From: Azolla caroliniana
Lineage: Eukaryota; Plantae; Polypodiophyta
Assembly: GCA_043228905.1 (NCBI GenBank)
Contig: JBHGNT010000012.1
Location: 17,856,001 to 17,920,000, forward strand
Direction of reading: 5' to 3'
DNA: 64,000 nt
Part shown: positions 1 through 12,263 of the stretch, piece by piece
Layout: each line of letters begins with the position of its first letter
How positions within the stretch are numbered: position 1 is the first letter of the stretch
Notes under the pieces: model-generated
What the model saw: only the letters and a program-made list of their open reading frames with translations
Database searches by the model: none
Told to the model about the DNA's origin: nothing
Made by a program: the position numbers and the translations under genes

Positions 1-398
1 AGACTATCCAAATGTTGGTGGGGGAGTTCTTACAAGGATGGATATCTCCGATTTTTGTAAGTGTAATTGCAATGCCTTATTCATGTGGATTGTGTATAGA
101 TGTGTTCTTATACATATTTGGTGATAGGGCACAAAGATGTGGTTCACCAAACACGAAGTGGATTCACTTCGGAATCATATGGACGAGTGGGCACGAAGGG
201 TACTAGGATTTGCACCTGCGACCGGTGGCTCCATATTGTAAATTTTGTGAATGTTGTTTTCAGCACAAATTTTGCTATAGAGCTGATGTTATAACTATAT
301 TTTGGAATCCACACAAATTTTGTATAGCGAGAATCGACTCATTGTATATCGCGATTACTTATTAATGGAAATGTTGTTTACAACAAGTGTTTATCTCA

Positions 399-545
399 AG
401 TTGATTTGTTGTTTTAAACCAATCACAAGTTGTGATCTAAAGGTGATTTGTTGTTTTCAACCAATCTAAGTTGTGATCTAAAGTTGATTTGTTGTTTTAA
501 AAGTTTCTCAAGTTGTGATCTCCAATAGATTTGACGTTTTAACCA
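399..545. repeat. Short degenerate tandem repeat (~41-bp unit, ~3.5 copies)
   Basis: Recurring GTTGATTTGTTGTTTTAAACCAATC...AAGTTGTGATCT units. Confidence 0.7.
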
Positions 546-728
546 ATCATCTACTTAATCCTTTCTCTATCTTATTGGTAAATTCTAATTTCACACAGCT
601 CCTAGTTCCTAAAAGACTTTCAATTGACTTTAGCAACGTTCCTAGAACCTTCCTCGCGTATGTCTAAAAAAAGGACTTTTTTTATTTCTTTAATGAACTA
701 CGATTTTTCATTCAACGGAGAAACCAAG

Positions 729-1229
729 TTGCCCAAACATCTTTAAATTAATTCTCTTTTGATATGGTCACCCAACCAGGTTGCCCAAACCTCTTAAAAT
801 TTATTCTCTTTTGATATGGTCACCCAACCAGGTTGCCCAAACCTCTTAAAATTAATTCTCTTTTAATATGGTAACCCAACAAGGTTGCCCAAACCTCTTA
901 AAATTTATTCTATGTTGATATGGTCACCCAACCAGGTTGCCCAAACCTCTTACAATTAATTCTCTTTTGATATGGTCACCCAACCAGGTTGCCCAAACCT
1001 CTTAAAATTAATTCTCTTTTGATATGGTCACCCAACCAGGTTGCCCAAACCTCTTACAATTAATTCTCTTTTGATATGGTCACCCAACCAGGTTGCCCAA
1101 ACCTCTTAAAATTAATTCTCTTTTAATATGGTAACCCAACTAGGTTGCCCAAACCTCTTAAAATTTATTCTATGTTGATATGATCACCCAACCAGGTTGC
1201 CCAAACCTCATAATCCAGGTCGCCCAACC
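729..1229. repeat. 52-bp tandem array (9 full copies + partial), probably subterminal array of the MULE element
   Basis: Unit TTGCCCAAACCTCTTAAAATTAATTCTCTTTTGATATGGTCACCCAACCAGG starts at 729, 781, 833 ... 1145, 1197; there are no unique spacers. Confidence 0.95.
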
Positions 1230-1339
1230 TGTTACCTAAACGGCCAAAAAAACGGTCACATTTTAAGTCATATTAAACCCTTCACCGTCATTTTAATCAG
1301 AGCTGACTCCATCTCCAGTTAATTACCTTTTAAGATCAG

Positions 1340-1848
1340 ATTCAATTAATCACATTCTCTATCTTAATCCGAAGCAATTAATCACATTCTCTGTCTTAAT
1401 CAAGTTCTTATAATCACATTCTCTGCCTTAATCACATTCTCTATCTTAATCACGTTCTTATAATTCCATTCTCTGTTGGTAGACAGGTCCCTCCGGATGG
1501 GAAGGGAGAAGAACAGTGCCGACGAACAAACTCGGTCGAGGCCGAAACGGTATGAACCGGATGGGGAGAACCCGACTTCGGAGAGTCGGATGGTGTAGGC
1601 CCGGTATGAACCGGATGAGGAGTACCCGACTGCAGAGAGTCGGATGGTGTAGGCCCGGTATGAACCGGATGAGGAGTACCCGACTTCAGAGAGTCGGATA
1701 GAGCCCATCGAGGCTACATTTGTAAATAGCCGAAGAGTCATATTAGTATAAATATGACTTAGGGCAAACTTTTAGTTTTTTTGTAGTAGTTGTCGTTTTG
1801 TGATTATTCTTCCTTGTTGGTGCAAGAAGAAATCAGAGCGCGTAACTG

Positions 1849-1924
<76 letters not shown>

Positions 1925-2440
1925 GTCGTAGCCTCTGTTGTAACCGCCGCCTGTGGCGAAGATCTGAGAGCACGAGGTCGTTGCCTTAGTGATCTCACTG
2001 TTGTCGTGGTTTTTTCCCCTATTTTGGGGTTTTCCACGTATACCTCCTGTGTACCATTTCTCCTCTTTTGTGTCGCGTTTCATTACCTGTTTTTCTGTGT
2101 GTGAAAAGAATCTCGGTTGTGGCCGAGCGTCGGACATAAAGAACGTGGAGTTCTCAACATTCTCTATCTTAATTAGGTTCAATTAATTACATTCTCTAGC
2201 TTAATCAGATTCTTGTAATCACCGTCTCTATCTTAATCATAATCTCTGTCTTAATCAAATTCACTTAATCACATTCTCTAGCTTAATCATGTTCAATTAA
2301 TCATATTCTTATAATCGTCGTCTCTATCTTAATCATAATCATAATCAGATTCTCTATCTTTATCATAATCTCTGTCTTAATCAAATTTACTTTATCACAT
2401 TCTCTAGCTTAAATTACCTTTGATTAATCACATTCTTATA
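1340..2440. repeat. Degenerate ~18-bp TTAATCACATTCTCTATC repeat tract, split by a solo LTR
   Basis: Motif recurs at 1340-1473 and 2160-2440 on both sides of the insertion. Confidence 0.85.
1474..2159. mobile_element. Solo LTR (686 bp)
   Basis: Termini TGTTG...CAACA; 5-bp TSD TTCTC at 1469-1473 and 2160-2164; internal 54-bp x3 repeat (1547-1700), TATAAATA near 1748, (GA)n at 1854-1920. Confidence 0.9.
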
Positions 2441-2456
2441 AACCAAGTTGTCGAGA

Positions 2457-5380
2457 TGAATCAAAATGAAATAGATTTCATCACGTCCTTGTATGATTCT
2501 GAGGATGGTTATGCATCACCATACTCCGCAACCATCGATGAAGACTTGGATTCGTCTACATCCGAAGACTATGAGTCGGCTTCATCTGAAGAAGAGGCGG
2601 AGGAGGTTGATCCCTTCATGTATTGTTCGGCGAGGTATTTTGCGTTCACTAGAGGTATGTATGATTTAATGCTTAAAGATTTATTGGGTCAAGTTAAGGT
2701 AACATTTGAAATATTAAGCACACTCGCAAGGGGTGCACCTCTTAATTTACATGCATGGAGGCGCATGAAGAGTCGTCTCACGCTTAGAAATGAGAATGCA
2801 ATACACCTTAAGGCATCGCCTCATCTTCAGATTACGCACGTAGAGAAATGGAGGGAGATAGTATTGGCGTCACATTGTGGCGCATCGCACCGTTCTTTGA
2901 CAAGTACTCTGTTAGAGTTAAAGAGACTTTGGTCCAATGACCTTCGTGACCATGGGATCCCTAGTGCGTATGTGAAAGCAGTGATTGAGCAATGTGGTTG
3001 TCAAGTTGTGTCGAGGTTAACTCCATCTGACATGGAGGGGACAAGTGTCGTGAAATATAAAAAGTCTAGACCCATAGAAGTGATCAAGATAGAGGCACAT
3101 AGGGTTGATGATACGCTCATAGATGTTCAATTGAGGTATCACACACGCTTCCGTACAGGGATCACAAGGGGTGCACATGTGACTAGGTATAATTGTCACC
3201 GATGCGGTGTGGCCAACAAGCAATATCCATGCACTCGATGTAGAAAGCATTCATCTCGATGTGGGTGTACTTTTCATGTGAACGCTCGAATGAATGGCGG
3301 GGTTGACCATGGGACAGTGACCGTTTCAATATATGGACCTCATACGGGTCATGTACCGGGAAGTAGACCAGATGCGTACTATTTGCCAGTGACCCCAAAT
3401 GTTATAAGTTGTTGTAGAGATGACCTTTTTGATGTTGGTTGCGCACGACATGTGGCACGAATGAGCATGCGTAAGGAAGCATATCATAAGTCCAAGGCTA
3501 GTCCATTAGACCTTGTGAGTTATAGGTTCTTTATGATACCAAAGGAGGTCAATAACATGGCCAACAAGTTAAAAATTGGGAGTGCCATGTCAGGGGTTGA
3601 TTGGTCTTTGATGATGCAAGATGCCTATGCCCTCCGAGATCATGGGAAGGTGGCTCATGTCCAACCCTACTTGCCTGGTGAATATGGATCTCCCGCAAGG
3701 CAACCGTTCATCTTGGTGCTCCAAGATGAATGGATGTTAGAGATGTGTGAGCGATTGTCAATAAACAACTCTTGGGCAATCGACTCCACGTTTAAAACAA
3801 ACCAATTTGGCTTGCCATTATATGCAGCTGTGGCCCCAAATGCCATGGGAGTTGGTATCCCATTATGGTACATGATATGTAGTTCTGATAAGGGGTCTAA
3901 CCATGAGCAAGTAGCTTTAGAAACTTGCTTGAGAGTCATATTTGCACGGATGCCCAATGTGAGGCCAAATGCCATAGTCATCGATAAAAGTTGGACATCA
4001 TATAATGCCATAAGTAATGTGATTGCAACAGACCGATTATCTTGGATAGTTACAAATGGGCAAAGGTCGCAAACACATTGTCAACTTTTGTTGTGTCACT
4101 TCCACGCAAAAAAAGCATGGTTGGACAATTTGTTGCCAAAGGTAAGTGTAACTGAGAGAAACCATCTTTATAATTGGATGTGCCAACTCATGCAATGCAT
4201 TACGGAATCCACATTCAATGCCCAATGTGAGGAGTTAAAGGTAGAATATGCAAACAAGCCAGGTGTTTGGCAATATATAGAAGGAGGATGGTGTGGCTTG
4301 ACATGTGTGTGGAGGAAACTGTGGCCCAAATTTGGTAGAATGTTCAACTACGGACATGTTGACACTACCAATCTCGTGGAGAGACATTGGCAGTTTATCA
4401 AATATACTGCCTTAAGAGGGAGGATAAACCGATCAATTACCGATCTTGTGCATGTTTTAATCGGGGACAGTCAAACTGGCACTTGCATCGGGGGTACTGT
4501 TATTGAATGGTACAAGCAACGACAAGAAATATGTAAGAGTGGTAGATTTGCACCACATGCAAATTGTAGGGATCAAACAACAAGACTTAAAGAGGCCGAA
4601 AGGCTACTAGAGAGGTATGAAACTAATGATGCGACAATGCATATTGTGGACGAGCCCCGATATTGGTTTAAAATATTGAGCTTGACAAAACCGAATGTAT
4701 GGTATAATGTATCGCTCCAATGTTCATATTGTGATTGCCAAGACCCTACGAGTAAATGTAAGCATATACTCGGCATCAGGATGATTATTGAGAGGCACAT
4801 GCCACATCTATGTGGGTCATTGCCTTTTATAGATCATGCAACCCATATGCGCAATGACCATTTCACAGAGACGGAAGTGGAGACAGAAGTAGAACCAGTC
4901 GAGGAGACAAACCCTATAACATCACAAATGGAGGAATGGGAGTCGAAAATACAAACGGTTGAGGGGGCTATTCAATGTCTTAGGCAAGGGTTATGATCCC
5001 TCGACCGTGCAACAATTTTGGCATGTATGGAGTCCATTGAAGAAATAGGTCAGACGCTGGTGTATCACCTAGGTGCATCGAAACCAACCAATGAAGAAGA
5101 CCGTGGATCCATAGGGCGTAGGCAAGCAATTGGTGCAAAAAGGGGAGCATCAATCAACATTTCACAAGATCTTATTGGCAGCTCCCCAAACACTTGCAAG
5201 GCACACACAGGAAAAATGCAAAGAGGCGCAAGTCGAGCTAGGAGGCGATTGCCAATATGTGCAACAGAGAAGATGCGATGCTTGCATTGCGATGCCTTGA
5301 CCTTTAGATCAAGGGACTCAAATGTTGATTGTTGCAAGAACTGTGGTCGCATCTTGCCATCATCTCTGGATGAGCCATAA
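2457..5380 (+). pseudogene. MULE (Mutator-like) DDE transposase with WRKY/FAR1-like and SWIM zinc fingers; one in-frame TGA at 4994-4996
   Basis: MULE motifs WAIDSTFKTNQFGLPLY, IVIDK, LLCHFHAKKAW, DTTNLVERHW; SWIM CDC...CKH; ORF 5018-5380 is in the same frame after the stop and ends in CxxC...CxxC. Confidence 0.9.
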
Positions 5381-5755
5381 ACATAGCTTGGGTGGTTTTG
5401 CGGACCGGTGCATTTGGGTTTACAATGTTTCAAGTGGATTTATGTTGATTTATGAGTGCATTTGGGAGTATGTCATATGTTGATTTATGTTTTAAGTTTC
5501 CTTATTCTAGTATGTCATCCTTTGATTTGGGTTTACGGTGTTTAAAGTGGATTTACGTTCTCTGTTTTAAGTTTTATGTTTTTTAACTTTTAACTTTTAT
5601 GTTTTAATATGATTATTTGTTTTAACATAAGTATGGTAAAGATCGTCGATTTTGAATAATTTAAGGTTGGATTTTGTGACTGTTTGATATGTTATTGTAA
5701 GTTTTAAGGGTAATGAACAAGCTTATTTGAAGATTTTGGTCGAAATGATACATTT

Positions 5756-6055
5756 GGTTGGGCGACCTGCAACGGTTGGGCGACCAATCGGTTGGGCAAC
5801 TTGCAAATGTCAGGGTTGGGTGACCTAAAACGGTTGGGCGACTTGCAACAGTCAGAATTGTAACAGTCAGAGTTGGGCGACCAACGACTCAGAGTTGGGC
5901 GACCTCTGACAGGGTTGGGCGACCATCGACTCAGAGTTGGGCGACCTCTGACAACTTTTTTTTTTCGCGCGTTCTTCCTTATCGAAATCTGACGGTGCAG
6001 ATCGCACGCGCGTTCCTCTAAGCGACCTACACCGTCTGTGGCCGCGATTCCCTCA
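5756..6055. repeat. Right subterminal motif array (~9 x GGTTGGGCGACC) and probable right terminus of the MULE element
   Basis: Motif is the reverse complement of GGTCGCCCAACC (1218-1229) and of the motifs in the 52-bp array; GC-rich stretch ends ...GATTCCCTC at ~6055. Confidence 0.65.
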
Positions 6056-6090
6056 CCAGCCCTCTTTATGATTTGATGCAGAATAGACAC

Positions 6091-6375
6091 GAGCATGAAG
6101 CATGAAGCATGATGAATGATGAATGAAGAATGAAGCATGATGAATGATGAATGAAGAATGAAGCATGAAGCATGATGAATGATGAATGATGGATGATGAA
6201 TGATGAATGATGAATGATGAATGACATGCTTCATTCATCATCCATCATTCATCATTCATCATGCTTCATGCTTCAATGACATGCTTCATTCATCATCCAT
6301 CATTCATCATTCATCATCCATCATTCATCATCCATCATCCATCATCCATCATTCATCATTCATCATTCATCATCG
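6091..6375. repeat. Fold-back heptamer satellite: (ATGATGA)n followed by (TCATCAT)n
   Basis: Strand polarity switches at ~6223; about 45 nt of the right arm is the exact reverse complement of the left arm, including variant units. Confidence 0.9.
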
Positions 6376-6522
6376 ATATGGCCATGGCCCACCATCATCA
6401 CCACCACCACCACCATCATCGTCATCATCATCTATCATCATTCATGATCGATACCTGTAGGCCGTTTTCTCTGATCTCTGTATGTCATGCTGCATACCGT
6501 TGCATCAAATCTCTGCAAGGAT

Positions 6523-9500
6523 ATGGAAGCAGCAGCAGCTGCAGGAGGAGGAGGAGGAGGAGGGCCTCATCTCCGCCATTCCATGATCACATTCCCGCAC
6601 AGCATTGCCGTCCATCCACCATTTCGGAGCATCGCTTCTAGTCTCCACCTCTCACCACTCCGATCTCCTTCTCATCTCACCATCGCTTCTGCTTCTGCTT
6701 CGTCTGTTTCTTCTTCCTCTTCTGTTTTGCCTTCTCCTGTGCGATTCCATCCCCTTCTCCTCACCAGCTCTATCAACGCCTCTTTCAACCTCGTCGCTCT
6801 CTGTGGTGAGTAATTTACACACATGGTCTCATTTTTTTTGGTTTTCTCCTTCCACTCTATGGTCTCCTTTGCACACATTTCTGCATATATGTGTATGTGC
6901 TGGATGTACACACACGCATTTATCTACTATCATTTTCCATTATTCCGTATTGAAGAACCACGTACCTGCTCTGACAAAAAGAAAAATATTGTTTTCGTTC
7001 AGAACCGTATCCTTAGGTTTATGGTTAGCTCTCTGTATATGATGGAAGTAGAAGAAGCATCTAGTAACTGACTGCAATATATTCTCCAAGGTTTGCTTCG
7101 TGAATTTCTTGTATTTGAAGAAGCGTTCCAGCTGCTTTGGTTCTGAGAATCAATCTTTTAACCCTGGATTCTAGGTATTCCGATTGTCTCCTTGGACGCT
7201 AGAATGATTTCTTTTAATACTCGATTGCTTGTCTTATTGTATGCAAGTAAGGATTTCTTGCTAGGATTATATTCATTTGATATAGAAACTGTAACATTTA
7301 CATCGATTCTGAAGACGTGCTTCACTAATTGTATCTGATAAAGTCTTCTCTTAGATCTGGAGTCTGGGTTTTCTAGACTTGGATGCACTGAAACAGGAAT
7401 TGCTTTCCAAGCTACAAAGATAATGTATATATATTAGTACTGGAATAATAATGCCTAGCTGAGCACATTTATTTTCTAGGTTTGCATCACTGCTTGTATG
7501 TGAGGCAGTATTATTTACCAACTGAACTCTGTCTTTTGTTGTCTTGACATAGCAAAGACTTTCTTAATCTCCAAGTATATATAAAATATATTCATTTGCT
7601 AGATTTACATCACTTACATACTGGATACAAGAAATTTCAAGTTTTTCTATACTACTTCTATCTGCGATTATATTTTCTTACATCTTGCCTCTAGGTTTTC
7701 GTCTCTGATGCAAAAAAATGACGTTCTTTGCTGGCTATATACATGAAACTCAATGATATCATTTTTTATCTGAGTAAAAGGCTTCAAGATTTGCTTCTCA
7801 TCATTTGGTCTGATGAAAAGCATTAACACTTGTTCTGAGAAAGTATTATCTGTATATATTAACTGATCCATTCTTTAGGTTTTGTCATCTTGATGCAAAA
7901 GAGTGGAAATCTTCCTTCCAATACAGCATCAGTGTTAAGCCAGGTGTGCTGCGACCTGTTATGTTGATCAAGAGCACTCACCAGTTGGAAAACACTTCGT
8001 GATTCATATGGTAGTTGGTTTCTTATAACAATGTCGGTTTTTTACATGGCTAGGTCTCTTTCAATTTGGTTATTCCATGCTTTCTGATGTCCAAGGTAAC
8101 ATTGTATATTGCTTTCTGACATTAAAATATGATTGATTTATGCAAACCTAATCCTACATATCATGTTATGAATTGTCCAAAGCAATGTCATATGTTGTAA
8201 TGCAAAACAACTGTTAAAAGATTACTGGTTTTCTGACGAGTATGAACGGGCCAAACATAACCAGGCAAAAATTGAGATAGAGTGCAGTTTGTAGTACAAA
8301 AAGAACGTATGTCAAAAATATTCTGGTCTGTAAAATGAGTCTCTCATCAGGTTTGTGCTTCTATATCATCACATTGTGAATGGAGCATTTTCAGCTTCAT
8401 TCACAATGTGATGACATACGAACTGGTTAACATAAACCATGCAAAAATTGAGATAGGGTGCTGTTTATAGTACAAAAAGAATGTCTGTCAAAAATATTCT
8501 GGTCTTTAGAGTGAGTCTCTCATCAGGTTTGTGCGACTATATCATCACATTGTGAATGGAGCGTTTTCAGCTTCCCCTTGATTGCAGTAGTCCAGGTATT
8601 TCTACTTTGTTTTTCTTTTCTTCTGGCATTTCCATGTCTATCCAGATGGTTTTCTTTAGTTTGTTTAACCAAATGATAGTTGATGATTCAGTATTTTATC
8701 TTTATCAGATTATGGTGGGAGGTATATTAGGAAGATTAGCATGCCTTTTCCTTTTCAGAGAGGTTTATAATGCCAACAAATCCAAAGACAGAGGTAATGT
8801 GACTGTAGCTACAATGTTCCCTCTCAAACAAGTTGAATCATAACATGAACAAGAATAATTTCACCAGGTACAGTCATTAAGGAGGCATTGGTAACGGTTT
8901 CATGTGCATTCGGGAATTCAGTTACTATTCCTTTGGTACGTTTCTCATAAGAAAATACTCATTGAATGAACATATGTTCATCGTTCTTTAACTGATTGCA
9001 TTTGTTGGGTTTGAATAATTTGAAGGTCTTCCTTAATGGCATGCTGTCACAGACTGATTATGGTCGTGCTGCTGGGTGTGATTTCTTGCCTTGTTATCGA
9101 TACATTCATAGCTGAACATATTTTTCAATGTTGTTCAAATATGTATGAAATGATTCTGAGAATGTATTTTTTTATTTTGCATCCATTTTTTCTTTCCTTG
9201 TTAAAAAGACAGTTGTATATGGATGCAGTGTTTCATGTTGTTGAAGAAGATATATGGAGTGACTCTGAAAATGTTTTTCTGCATTTGATCTTTCTTTTCT
9301 TGTTTAAAATGCATTCGCATATGAATATGTTTTTTCATGTTGTTCGAAGATGTATTGAGTGATTCTGACATAAAACAGCTTACAGATATCTGGCTCTTCA
9401 ACTGATTGGATGGTCCCCTTGCCTATGGACCTTAGGATATCAGATCATCAGCTCAACAACTACATCGGCCAGCACCTGCGAAAATGCTAAAAGTGGTTCT

Positions 9501-12263
9501 TGGTGGAAGAAATTAATGAATCCTCCTCTTTATGGGGTAATTACAATCAATTGAAGAAAGTGGAGGGCCCCAATTGGATACAAATCATCAGCAAATTGTG
9601 TGTCCTCCTATGTTTTGATACTGTGTTCTACTAACAATTCTTTCCGCTTTGTCAAAATAGATTCTATTTGGAGTCCTTATCGGGGCCACCCCATTATCAA
9701 ACATTTTCTTTTCTGCAAAGCATGTAGCATTGAACGTTAGTTCCAACAGAATGGAAACTATGTTTTCACTAAGTTCTTTCATGGCAATAATCTTGCAACC
9801 AATCTTGGAGGTCAGTTTTTGATGTAGTTATTGGTTTATAGATTACCTGTAGGTATTTGTTTTTTCAAGCGTTTTCAATGTTGATGTTTTGTGTGTTATA
9901 GTCATCGTTTTTTTCTCCTTTAACATGGAAGTTCTTTGATTTTTCTCAGGCAGCAAAATTACTAGGATCTGCTGCAGTGCCGTTACAAGCCATTATCCTT
10001 GCTTCTACTCTCGCCACTTCCAGTAATCAAGAAACTAATGGTATTGAAGACAAACAATCAAATGGGACAACAATTATCAATGCCAATGACATCAATTTAG
10101 AAGGCAAAGCTTTCTGGGTAATAACTGTTATTCGCCTTCTAGTCATGCCCCTCATAAACTTGGGATTTTTGACTGTAAGCTTCTTGTCCTTTTTTATGCA
10201 CACTATTGTTATGTTCACGTAATAAGATTGTATTTTAAAGGGGTTTGAAATACGAACAGGTAATACCACGCAAATGGCTACCAGCTGATCCTATAAGTAG
10301 TCTTACAACTCTGGTATGGGATGTCTGCATCATGACTGCTTTATCCACATATATTGCGCATCTCTGGTATCTATGTAAAGTATCATGAGTGTTCTGTGTA
10401 CATCATAATCATACTTCTTAAAAGTAAACATGCAAGTTCCATAATCATATTTATCCCACATCAGTTGAAGACCAGTCTTGAGCTGACTAGGTAGGAAACA
10501 TCTAAAAACAATGAAAACTACCTCTGACTAGGCGATATCAATTATATTTATAGTTATTAGTTGACGTATCAACTAATGGTTTATTGATGATGAAAGCCTG
10601 AAAAGTAAAGTAGGAATATAATGTAGGACTGTTAAACATGGTCAAGGGTGAACATTACATCATCCCATGCACACAGTTTGGTCCAATCTTATCCAGAGCA
10701 AGAACCAAATCATTACAAAAATGTGTTTATTTCTGCGTTCAGAATGTTAGAGCTGGAAATGGTCAAAAAGTACAGTAACGGATGTTGTATGGCTATATTT
10801 TGAATCTATAGTGACTCCTTCACATAAGTTGTTTTGCAGATAAAATGGAGAAATGGTTTGACATTTGTTTCTGCTTTGTGAATACTTGAACATGACGTAA
10901 TATGGTTAATAATAATAATCAGTATCATTAAGACGAATGGTAGAAAGCAGTCTTCAAAGGTCAAATTATATGGTATAGATTTAAAAGATTCATCACTGAA
11001 AATGTGATAGTATACCCCAACCCCATGAAGGTACCCTAATTCTGTTATGTTAATCCAGGAAAACCCTATTCATCCATGCCTGAGTCACAGTGACACTTTG
11101 AGGTCTATATTTAATTGAAAACTCGTTAACCAAAGGTTTCACTCTCATGTGTAACTTATTGGTGGGAGACACTACCATTCGCGAGGGAAACTTGTGTGTA
11201 AATCTTGGTTGATAAAAGTAGCTAGCATTGTTATTTTGTTTTAGAATATCCGGAGCAAGCCTTGCTTGATTGAAGTATGCAGCATTGTAATTTTCTCTTT
11301 AATAGTAGACTCACACATTTGAATACCTGGAGCTGATGTGAACGATTTAATCATGTAAATTCATTTATTATTGCGTCAAATCTCAATATCTTTGAGTCAG
11401 TCAGTTGAAGCAGATCTCCATGCCTTGATGACTGTTTATTTGCAATTTGAAATTTGGATTTTGAGTGATATTGTTTTAGGTGATATCTGCAATGCCAACA
11501 GCTCAGAATCTGGTAGTCTTGACTCAGGTGATTCAATGTTCAACACTACTTCTTTGTCAAGTACAGTGATATGTTGTAGCTTTGAATATTGGGGTACATG
11601 AAGGATTATACTTCAACAACTTTCTTTGACATTGAATCTGTGCAATTCTGTAAATAATTAATATATGTATGTCTTGTACAGTCATTGATGGTTCACACCA
11701 CCTAATGTATAGCAAATGTCTTTTGAAGATGAGGACAAAATTGCTGTAGGTTATGGAATTGATAGTTCTTTCGTAGATGGTGAAATAGGTGCATCAATTT
11801 ATAGATTGTGAAATAGGTTCTCTAGAATTGGTTCTGAATCTTGAAAGAGTAGATACAGAAATTTGCACACATGCAGTACACCAACAGAGATGGTAACTGT
11901 CAACAAACAATCCCATATTGAGCTCAAATTTAGTTTAAAGATTTTTTCTTTCCTTTGTTTTTATTGGATTCCAGTTGCACCCTGATACACGACCTTTTGC
12001 CGGAGCACTTGGCAGCATCCTTGTAAAGCAGGTAATTTGTATGTTTTATTCGTTTTGTGTAAATTTGTAATGATAAATCTTCTACTCCAATTTGGCAGTA
12101 TTAGGTACAGAAAAATTTGCAACACTCTTTGTGTGTATGTAGTATAATAATAAAGCTTGTGCTTGAACACCTCAACTATATTTGCTTTGTGCAGTATGCC
12201 ATCTCAGTAATCACTATAACTGTCTGGATGCCAATATTCTTCTCATATCTATCCATTAGCTGA
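6523..12263 (+). CDS. Auxin-efflux-carrier / Mem_trans (PILS-like) membrane transporter, 14 exons, ~471 aa (alternative start 6487)
   Basis: GT-AG exons 6523-6805, 7879-7943, 8054-8095, 8527-8595, 8709-8793, 8868-8935, 9026-9075, 9386-9536, 9661-9810, 9950-10174, 10260-10313, 11480-11527, 11975-12031, 12195-12263 join in frame; motifs VSFNLVIPCFL, CAFGNSVTIPL, NPPLYG, LGSAAVPLQ, IRLLVMP, AMPTAQNL are typical of the family. Confidence 0.88.

Noticed and set aside
1-300. Short ORFs that might be a second gene of the MULE
   Set aside because: No recognisable motif in any frame; truncated by the window edge
729-1229. CRISPR-like array
   Set aside because: Units are contiguous near-identical 52-mers with no unique spacers; there are no cas genes and the context is eukaryotic
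1400-2186. ORFs with RE/SL runs and 18-aa repeats
   Set aside because: By-products of LTR tandem repeats and (GA)n
5704-6641. His/Ile/Ser-rich ORFs
   Set aside because: Translations of the heptamer and (CAT/CAC)n repeats
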